IMG/VR virus record: IMGVR_UViG_3300012894_000017
Span: 1-29,557 of that record
DNA: 29,557 bases
Source: a virus
Taxonomy: Duplodnaviria; Caudoviricetes
Reading direction: 5' to 3' (one strand)
Of this stretch, positions 8,044 through 14,785 are shown piece after piece. The notes beneath the pieces were generated by a model, which saw only the letters and a list, made by a program, of their open reading frames with translations, did not search any database and was not told the origin of the DNA. The translations under genes were made by a program, and so were the position numbers. Within the stretch, counting starts at the first letter, position 1; every line of letters begins with the position of its first letter.

Positions 8044-9197
8044 GCGGTCTCATCATCGAGCTCGTCTTCGTCTTCGTCATCCCACTCCAGGTCGTGCTCT
8101 TCGAATGCGCTGAGCGTACCGAGACTCTCGTGTGGCACTGGCGTCAAGGTCCGGCGCAAGGCCTCAAAAGCACGGATCGCACCTGGAAATTGATCCCTCA
8201 GGAGCTCCCGTGTCGCCAAAGCCCCTCGGTGGTCACGGTAGATCAGGTGCTTCAGGTCCTTAACCGGGCGGCCTCCACCGGTGCCGGTCAGGCGACGATC
8301 CTGGTGGTGCAGCCAGCCCAGGAAATCCGACCAGCCACTCTCGCCCACGTCGATGCCACTGCGGGCCTCGATCTCGATGGTGTTGGCCACCCTGAGCGAG
8401 AAGCCGTCCGACGCCCAGACGATGGCGAGCGTGAAGTAGAACGGGTCGAACACCAGGCGCTGGATCGGCGCACCCTCGGCGTCTTTGGTGGTCTCGCTTC
8501 TCGGCACGCCGATTTTGAAGATCACGCCCCGGTGGTAGCGGCCGGTGTGGAGCCGCGCAGGTTCGGTGTTCAGGAAGCGCCGAGCGTCAGCGTACCTCAG
8601 CTCTTCGAATTGCATCGCCTTGGCGTACTCGGTGGCGAGCTCGACATTGCCGTTCAGCAGTTCGAGCGCGGCCACTTTCGCCCAGCTATACGAGCGGCGG
8701 CCGGAGACGCGCATGGCCTGCTCCAGCGAGTCGCCTTTCGGCTGGCGGGCGAGTGGCGGTTCATCGGGCGGCTCGTCGAGGTCCACCACGCTGCCCCGGA
8801 TGATGCTGGCGGCGATCAGGTTGATGAGCTTGCGCTCCTCGGTGTTGATGCGCAGCCAGTCCACCGGGCTGAGCTTCGCCGGACGGATGAGGGGGTGGGC
8901 CTCGCGGGCGTTCCCGGCCTTCTTGGCCTGGCGCTCTTGCAGGGTGATTACGGCGGCGGCCTCGACGTGCTGAGCGAGGACGGCCTGCTCTTCGGGGAGG
9001 TGATGTGGGGCGACCGCGCGAGCCAAGCGGGTGGCTGCGTCGGCCACGTCCTGGCTACCCGTGATCAGGCCTGCCTCGGAGCTGATCAGGTCGGTCTCTT
9101 TGGTCATCGTGCGCTCGACGAGCGGCAGGAAGTGCTTCCGGTACCCGGTACGGCTGCGGGCCTCGTGCAGCAGCGAGGCGAGGTCGGCGGGGTTCAC
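8040..9197 (-). CDS. Hypothetical protein; positional candidate late-gene regulator
   Basis: 385 aa; GGAGGAG RBS; GTGA overlap with the upstream gene; last early gene; acidic tail; no recognised domain. Confidence 0.75.
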   Translation of the reverse strand: MNPADLASLLHEARSRTGYRKHFLPLVERTMTKETDLISSEAGLITGSQDVADAATRLARAVAPHHLPEEQAVLAQHVEAAAVITLQERQAKKAGNAREAHPLIRPAKLSPVDWLRINTEERKLINLIAASIIRGSVVDLDEPPDEPPLARQPKGDSLEQAMRVSGRRSYSWAKVAALELLNGNVELATEYAKAMQFEELRYADARRFLNTEPARLHTGRYHRGVIFKIGVPRSETTKDAEGAPIQRLVFDPFYFTLAIVWASDGFSLRVANTIEIEARSGIDVGESGWSDFLGWLHHQDRRLTGTGGGRPVKDLKHLIYRDHRGALATRELLRDQFPGAIRAFEALRRTLTPVPHESLGTLSAFEEHDLEWDDEDEDELDDETA

Positions 9198-9466
9198 TCC
9201 TCCTCCCGGATCAGGCCGTATTGACGTTCCAGCATGTTGTATCGCAGTTCACCGATGCCGCTGACCACGTAGCCCCCGCCAGCCCACTTCACGATCCGGA
9301 TGGTCTGCTCTGTCTTGCACATCCGGTGAATCAGGCTGCGTTGCTGGTCGGTCGGCTCACGTTGGCCGGTGAAGGTGAGCCCGGCCTTTTTGAGGGCGTC
9401 CATGGTGTGCAGGGGCTTTTCCATCAAGGCATTGAGGAGACGGTACTCGTCGGGAAAGGTAGGCAT
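9194..9466 (-). CDS. Hypothetical protein (possible winged HTH)
   Basis: 90 aa; AGGAG RBS; coupled to the next gene. Confidence 0.7.
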   Translation of the reverse strand: MPTFPDEYRLLNALMEKPLHTMDALKKAGLTFTGQREPTDQQRSLIHRMCKTEQTIRIVKWAGGGYVVSGIGELRYNMLERQYGLIREEE

Positions 9467-9616
9467 CGGGTACGGGATCTCCTGTGGTAGGCAGTAATAG
9501 TCAGGTCAGGGCGATACCCGTTGATCTCAACGGGATGAAGATCAACTGTTCACCCGCTCTTTGAGGTGTTAAGAGGTGCGCATCATTGCTGGCAGAGGCT
9601 TATCTACGCTGTCGGC

Positions 9617-9895
9617 ATGGATTGGCGGATGAGCTTGAGCCCAGAAGTCCAACAGCACATCACGGCGTTGGAAGGGTACGGTTGCCAATTCTGCTGGAGG
9701 GAGAACTTCAGTGGCTTTGCCTACATACATCCAAAAATTGCAGGTGAACATATTTTTGAGATCTGGCGCAGTGGTCGGTTGCTGGATTACCTCGCTCCTG
9801 TATCGCACCCTTTCGAACCTGTGGGCATCATGGGAATTGAGCTGTTCCTGACGCATCAATGGGATGTCCACCGTAAACTTCTTCGACCTTCCTGA
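9617..9895 (+). CDS. Hypothetical protein, low-GC antisense insert (moron-like)
   Basis: Aromatic-rich ORF in an AT-richer island within the early operon; start uncertain (9566, 9617 or 9629). Confidence 0.5.
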   Translation: MDWRMSLSPEVQQHITALEGYGCQFCWRENFSGFAYIHPKIAGEHIFEIWRSGRLLDYLAPVSHPFEPVGIMGIELFLTHQWDVHRKLLRPS

Positions 9896-9929
9896 TAAAT
9901 GGAGTGCCTTGATCAGTACCTGGTCGAGG

Positions 9930-10184
9930 TCAAGCATTCCGTGCCGCCTGGAGTAGCGTGCGGGCAGCGTCCACGCTGGCGAGCGCGGTCTCCATATTCA
10001 GGGCGTCCTTGCCGTCCTTGCGGATCGCGGCCTCGTGCAGCCGCAGCGCCACGAACTCCAGGTCGGTCAGTGCGCGAGGGGCAGGGGCGCGCTGGTCGGT
10101 GTAGGTGCGCTCGGGAGTCTGGGTCTCGCGGGCGTGGCGCTTCTCGACGAGGACCTTGGTCTGGCGGCGGTCTCTGTTGCTCAT
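9930..10184 (-). CDS. Hypothetical protein
   Basis: 84 aa; AGGAG RBS; GC-rich codon usage. Confidence 0.65.
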   Translation of the reverse strand: MSNRDRRQTKVLVEKRHARETQTPERTYTDQRAPAPRALTDLEFVALRLHEAAIRKDGKDALNMETALASVDAARTLLQAARNA

Positions 10185-10251
10185 CGGGCTTGTCTCCTGT
10201 GGGGTCGTGGATGGGGAAGTCGGGCACGGTGGAGGCGAAGACGACGGTGGC

Positions 10252-10656
10252 TCATGGCTGTTCCAGGTAGTCAGTGATGATGGCGACCGCCGCTCGCCAG
10301 CCCTCGGCTACCACCGCCCGGTAGCCGTTCTTCCGCAGCTGGCTCATGCGGACGAGTTGCTCGGCGCTCGGCCGTTCGCCCAGGCGCTTCATCTCGATGT
10401 ACAGACCGTGCTCGCGTCCGGCGGCGATCGGCAGATGCAGATCGGGCACACCCGCCGTCACGCCTTCGGCCTTGAGCTTGGCGGCGACGGCAGGCTTGCG
10501 GTCGCCACCGTTCGGGATCGCGTAGATCTGCGAGGAGCGGAGGCGCAGGTGGTCGGGGGCGTCGTACTTGCACCAGTCCACCACCCGCACCTGGTGGTTA
10601 TGCTCAGACCAATAGCCTTCGACGATCAGGACGGCAGGTGTCGGGGGCGTCACCAT
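10252..10656 (-). CDS. VRR-NUC domain nuclease (PD-(D/E)xK; Holliday-junction resolvase-like)
   Basis: IYAIPNGG...KLKAEGVTAGVPDL...GLYIEMKR...PSAEQ signature. Confidence 0.9.
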   Translation of the reverse strand: MVTPPTPAVLIVEGYWSEHNHQVRVVDWCKYDAPDHLRLRSSQIYAIPNGGDRKPAVAAKLKAEGVTAGVPDLHLPIAAGREHGLYIEMKRLGERPSAEQLVRMSQLRKNGYRAVVAEGWRAAVAIITDYLEQP

Positions 10657-11180
10657 GGGAAGTACTCCTCGATTGGAAAGTTAAGGCAGGCGAACTCGCC
10701 CTGGAACGCAACTGCCAGGACATCTCTGTGCCTCGCGGCGGTCTCTGCCTGCTTGAAGAGCGCGGTGCTTTTCATCCTGTAGCGCACCGTCACTCGGCCG
10801 ACGTAGAGCCCGACTTCCTTGCGGAGGACAACACCAATGAAGCCGTGGCTCCGGGAATGAAACCTGCGATTTGCTGCGTTCTGGCTCTTCGAAGCTACTC
10901 GCAGGTTTTCGCGCCGGTTGTCGAGCGTGTCGTGGTTGATGTGATCCACGACCTGCCCAGCGCTCGCCCCCATGATCAGGCGATGGAGAAGAATTGCCTT
11001 ACCGTTTTTTCTGGCTCGTGCGTACCCGCAGGCTGTAAGCGACCAGGTATGCGCACTGGCTAGGTGAAAATCCGAAGTATCGAGTTTCGTAGCAGCTACG
11101 ACTTCGCCGGACTTGTTCCGCATCGGAAGCTCAGTCCAGTACGATTCGATGATCAGGGCGGCGGCGCTCGGGGAAGTCAA
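10650..11180 (-). CDS. HNH homing endonuclease with AP2-like C-terminal domain
   Basis: LHRLIMG...VVDHINHDTLDNRRENLR; GFIGV...AARHRD...FQGEFACLNF; TTG 11180 behind GAGGAG, overlapping the upstream stop. Confidence 0.9.
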   Translation of the reverse strand: MTSPSAAALIIESYWTELPMRNKSGEVVAATKLDTSDFHLASAHTWSLTACGYARARKNGKAILLHRLIMGASAGQVVDHINHDTLDNRRENLRVASKSQNAANRRFHSRSHGFIGVVLRKEVGLYVGRVTVRYRMKSTALFKQAETAARHRDVLAVAFQGEFACLNFPIEEYFPW

Positions 11181-11407
11181 GATTGAAGCTCCTCTTCGAT
11201 CAGGGTGTATAGCCCGTGCGTCGTGACTTCGTTCTTCCACCATGCCTTCCAGGCCAGGGGTCGGACGGCCTCCGCCGGCACGTAGAAGGCCACGGCGCTC
11301 AGCAGCTCGGGTTCAGTGGTGGCATGCAGGTGTGTGGTGGCAAGGTTGTGGCCTGGCTGTCGGAGTTCCAGCCGGAACCGGCGCTCTGGGCGCGCAGCCG
11401 CCGTCAT
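11177..11407 (-). CDS. Hypothetical protein
   Basis: 76 aa; coupled by 4-nt overlaps on both sides. Confidence 0.65.
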   Translation of the reverse strand: MTAAARPERRFRLELRQPGHNLATTHLHATTEPELLSAVAFYVPAEAVRPLAWKAWWKNEVTTHGLYTLIEEELQS

Positions 11408-11601
11408 GGTTTCCCTTCTGTGCCGGAGAGCGTGATCAGGAACTGCCGCTCTGTCACGTCCTCGCCCACTTGCACGTCATGCAGGGCGCTTGCCCCAAGA
11501 CAATCGCCGTTCTCTTCGTCGATCAGTAGGCGCACCTCAATGTCCCGGCCGTACTCTCCGACGATCTGATTCAGGCGATTCGCCAGTGCGGTTGCCTTCA
11601 C
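11404..11601 (-). CDS. Hypothetical protein
   Basis: 65 aa; coupled by 4-nt overlaps. Confidence 0.65.
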   Translation of the reverse strand: MKATALANRLNQIVGEYGRDIEVRLLIDEENGDCLGASALHDVQVGEDVTERQFLITLSGTEGKP

Positions 11602-12038
11602 GGCCGGACCTTCGGCTCAGCGATCAGCCCCGCCTGAATCAAGACTTCGAGCAGCGCGCGGCAGCGTGTGAGCGCGTCGGCCATGGCGACATTGGCGAGG
11701 AACGTGCCGCCGATGGCATCGAAGATGTCGAACGGGCCAGTCAGGTCGTGCACCATCAGGTACAGCACCTCTCCATACCGCTCAGCGAGGCCCAGCGCGG
11801 TGATCTTAGCCTCCACCTCGGCGGTGGTGTCCAGGCGCGAGGCATAAGGTGGTGGGCCGGGCCAGTGGGAGGCGTAGTCCGGGGTGTCACGGGTCCCGAT
11901 CTCCCACGTTGCCCGGTGCGGCCGGCGGCGCCGATCAGCCTTCGAGGGCGCGTAGCCCATCCAACGCGCCAGGACCTGCTCCAGCTGTTCAGGCGTCAGG
12001 CTCACTACGCGGGCAAAGGGGACGTACTCGTCGCTCAC
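11598..12038 (-). CDS. Hypothetical protein (weak resemblance to phage ABA-sandwich domain)
   Basis: 146 aa; LEQVLARWMGY...PPYASRLDTTAEVEAKI pattern; coupled overlaps. Confidence 0.6.
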   Translation of the reverse strand: MSDEYVPFARVVSLTPEQLEQVLARWMGYAPSKADRRRRPHRATWEIGTRDTPDYASHWPGPPPYASRLDTTAEVEAKITALGLAERYGEVLYLMVHDLTGPFDIFDAIGGTFLANVAMADALTRCRALLEVLIQAGLIAEPKVRP

Positions 12039-12364
12039 GGCTGGGCTTCCAGATCACGGCGGCGCTCCCAACCGAAGTACTCGAGTCGCTCGACCAGTTT
12101 GTCGCTTGCGGCTCGGCTCTCCCGGAAGACGGCTGTGCGTGCCACGGTGTCCACCTCGACCGGCTTCAGGGTGGTGATGCTGTGCTGCACAGAGCCGAAC
12201 GTTTCAGTGGTCACGACCATCTGGGCGGTGGCGTCGTCCGGGTCTTTCTCGCTGGCCGGGGCGGTGATGGTGTACACGCGCTGTTCCAGGGTGCTCTGGC
12301 CGACCCGCTTGCCGCGCGACCGCACCTCCAGATGTAACGTCATCTTCCAAGGCTCAGGCTTCAC
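12035..12364 (-). CDS. Hypothetical protein
   Basis: ORF in the coupled chain; start uncertain (GTG 12364 near the upstream stop). Confidence 0.55.
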   Translation of the reverse strand: MKPEPWKMTLHLEVRSRGKRVGQSTLEQRVYTITAPASEKDPDDATAQMVVTTETFGSVQHSITTLKPVEVDTVARTAVFRESRAASDKLVERLEYFGWERRRDLEAQP

Positions 12365-12545
12365 GCTGCCGCTCCATGTACTCGTCTTCGACCAGGCCGT
12401 CATCATCATCGAGCCAGTTCTCCGGGTTCAGGTGCTGATCGATCTCGTCGTAGACGCGCTGTTCGTCATCGGTGAAGCGTTGGTCGAACATGCGTTTATA
12501 CATGGCCTGCTGGATGATTCGCAGGTCAGCGTCGGTCATGTTCAT
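12354..12545 (-). CDS. Small acidic hypothetical protein
   Basis: 63 aa; GGAGGAG RBS; ATGA overlap. Confidence 0.65.
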   Translation of the reverse strand: MNMTDADLRIIQQAMYKRMFDQRFTDDEQRVYDEIDQHLNPENWLDDDDGLVEDEYMERQREA

Positions 12546-12766
12546 TTCGCTCCTCCATCGTCGAAACTCACCGGGTCGGTGCACAGAGCGGCGACGTCGC
12601 CTTCCACTGCCTGCACCCAGTCATCGCCATATCCGGGGTAGTCGATCGCTGCCTGCTCGCAGACCGCCTCGGCCATGTCATCGCTGAATCCAGCTGCGAG
12701 CAGGCGTTCGTGAGCCGCTGCAAGTGTGAGGGCGTGCCGTTCACCCTTCTGAGTGGGCAGGGTCAA
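12542..12766 (-). CDS. Small acidic hypothetical protein
   Basis: 74 aa; GGAGGA RBS; TTGA overlap. Confidence 0.6.
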   Translation of the reverse strand: MTLPTQKGERHALTLAAAHERLLAAGFSDDMAEAVCEQAAIDYPGYGDDWVQAVEGDVAALCTDPVSFDDGGAK

Positions 12767-13548
12767 GACTGTTCCTCCTGAAGTTCGGATTCGTGCTTCT
12801 TGCGCCAGGCGCGGGGCGCGTCCCAGATGCTTTTGACCTTCGGGCCTTCGAGCAGCTCGCCTGTGTTGGCGTCCATGACTTCCAGCCAGTACCCGGCGCG
12901 GTCGAAGCGCAGCGCGCCGGCCGTGCCCATCTGCTGCAGGCCCGCGATGTAGTCCATCGGCTTCTGGTCTTCCGTGCCCTGAAAGTCGCGCCGGTCCTGA
13001 CTGCCGCGCTGCACAGCCGTGGCGAGTGCCGAAGCACGATGCTCGGGCGGGAGATCGCTGTACTTCACCGGTTCGCCCGTCTGCGGGTGCTCGACCGCCA
13101 TTCCCTCAACCATCATTCGGTTGGCGTCGGCTACGCCTTTAAAGTCGGCGTTGCTCGGCTGCTGCTTGCCGGTCGTGGCCCGGGTCACGTCAACGATGAG
13201 TTGGTAGTCGCTCGGCGAGGCCATGCCCAGGGCGCGGGCCATGCGCTCGTTGCTGACCTCGATGCCCTGCTCGGCGGCCGCTTCCTGCACGTCGGCGAAC
13301 TCGATCAGCTGGTAGACCCGTGAGCGCTTGACCCGGCACGTCTCCAGCGCCCAGGCTTCGAGGCTAGCGTGCGTCTCGCGGTAGAGCCTACGGTCGCGCA
13401 CCTCGCGCAGCGCCTTGCCGGCTCGCAAACTGACCACCTCACCGATGATGATCGTCTCGGCCAACTCCTCGCGGCGGCCGCGCTCCTCGAGGGTCAAGGG
13501 TTGAAATACAGCGGTGTCTACCAGGCTGGACGCTTCTCGGTGGTTCAT
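12763..13548 (-). CDS. Putative HTH DNA-binding protein
   Basis: GKALREVRDRRLYRETH...RSRVYQLI...NERMARAL matches a widespread phage/MGE helical DNA-binding pattern (recognised from memory). Confidence 0.65.
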   Translation of the reverse strand: MNHREASSLVDTAVFQPLTLEERGRREELAETIIIGEVVSLRAGKALREVRDRRLYRETHASLEAWALETCRVKRSRVYQLIEFADVQEAAAEQGIEVSNERMARALGMASPSDYQLIVDVTRATTGKQQPSNADFKGVADANRMMVEGMAVEHPQTGEPVKYSDLPPEHRASALATAVQRGSQDRRDFQGTEDQKPMDYIAGLQQMGTAGALRFDRAGYWLEVMDANTGELLEGPKVKSIWDAPRAWRKKHESELQEEQS

Positions 13549-13557
13549 CAGGACCTC

Positions 13558-14082
13558 TTAGAAAAGGGCGGGTTGAGAGGGTGGCGGGGTCGGTGGGGTA
13601 ACGGGTACCGGATCGGACGGCAGATCGGGCGGAGGAACTGGCGCTGGAGGCGGCCGATATGGTCTGGCCTGGCCCGGGTAGGCGAGCGCCTCGAAGCCTT
13701 CGCCGACCACGTGGGCGGCCACTCGCCCGGCGTGGGTCGGGTGGTGATCCGGCCAGCGCAGGTAGCTCATGACGATGCCGACGCCCTGCTCGACCACCAC
13801 CTGTTCGGTGATGGCGGGCAGGCTGGCGGCGGTCTCGGGCTTGGGGGCGATGGGCACAGCTGGACGCGGGGCGTAGTACAGCTCGCGGGCCGGGGCTCGG
13901 CAGGCCGCCAGTCGGTCTTTCGCTTCCTGGAAGGTCAGACGCGTGACGGTGTGACCGGCCCGCTGGTGAGCATTGGAGAACGTGGCCTCCACGCCCGGGT
14001 CATTGGCAGCCGTGCTGGCGCACAGGAACCCGGCTGGGTTGGTGGCGATCAGCCAGTCGAAGGTCACGTTCTCCCGGCTCAC
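13558..14082 (-). CDS. Hypothetical protein with Pro-rich tail
   Basis: GTG 14082 overlaps the upstream stop (GTGA); ends ...QPALF. Confidence 0.6.
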   Translation of the reverse strand: MSRENVTFDWLIATNPAGFLCASTAANDPGVEATFSNAHQRAGHTVTRLTFQEAKDRLAACRAPARELYYAPRPAVPIAPKPETAASLPAITEQVVVEQGVGIVMSYLRWPDHHPTHAGRVAAHVVGEGFEALAYPGQARPYRPPPAPVPPPDLPSDPVPVTPPTPPPSQPALF

Positions 14083-14312
14083 TGAGTGCCTCTGGCGTAC
14101 TCGCCACGACCCGGCGTCTCTGGCTGCCACAGCCGCTTGCAGATGCAGCGCCAAGTGGTCATGTCGTGCGAGGGGTGCCAGGCCACCCGGACGTCTTTGC
14201 CCGCAGACGCCTTCCAGACGTACACGGCGGTGCCGTTCTCGCGCCAGTAGAAGGTGTAGAGGCGCCCACATGGGCACTCCCAGCGGTGAAAGCCACCCTT
14301 ATGGATCTGCAT
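14079..14312 (-). CDS. Small Cys/Trp-rich protein (CxC...CxC, possible Zn-binding)
   Basis: 77 aa; WECPCG and WRCICK; TGATG coupling. Confidence 0.6.
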   Translation of the reverse strand: MQIHKGGFHRWECPCGRLYTFYWRENGTAVYVWKASAGKDVRVAWHPSHDMTTWRCICKRLWQPETPGRGEYARGTQ

Positions 14313-14743
14313 CAGGCCGAGACCCCTCTACCGTCGCGGTTGTCGTCTGAGTCGTGAGGCGTGAACAGCGTATTCTGCGGCTCCTCAATCTCGACCTCAA
14401 GCTGGATGGTCAGCACCTCGCGGTCCACGGGGTTCAGAAACTCTTCGAAGCCGTCGTGGGCGTTGAAGGCCAGCTTGCCGACCGCCACGAACACGTATTC
14501 CTTCGTCTTGGTGCCCTCGCTCGTCAGGCGCCAGCTGCGCTTCCGGCCCTTCTCGTCGATGATCCGCAAAGAGAACTTGGCGACCTCGCGTGACTTCTGG
14601 TTCTTGGTGATGCGGTGGGCCCGCTTCAGGAACTTGGTGTCGGTGCCGCTGGGCAGCTCGAGGTGGAGCGTGGTCCAGGGGTAGCCGTCCTTGTCGAATT
14701 CGTGCTTCAGGGCGTTGAGATCGACATCCAGGATCTTCTTCAT
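14312..14743 (-). CDS. Hypothetical protein
   Basis: 143 aa; GGAG RBS; strong GC3 codon bias. Confidence 0.7.
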   Translation of the reverse strand: MKKILDVDLNALKHEFDKDGYPWTTLHLELPSGTDTKFLKRAHRITKNQKSREVAKFSLRIIDEKGRKRSWRLTSEGTKTKEYVFVAVGKLAFNAHDGFEEFLNPVDREVLTIQLEVEIEEPQNTLFTPHDSDDNRDGRGVSA

Positions 14744-14754
14744 GACGGCTCCAG

Positions 14755-14778
14755 CGGGGCGGCACGGTGGCCGCCCCG
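14755..14778. other. 9-bp GC stem-loop after the ParB-like gene
   Basis: CGGGGCGGC-acggtg-GCCGCCCCG; no U-tract. Confidence 0.45.
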
Positions 14779-14785
14779 AACGTGA

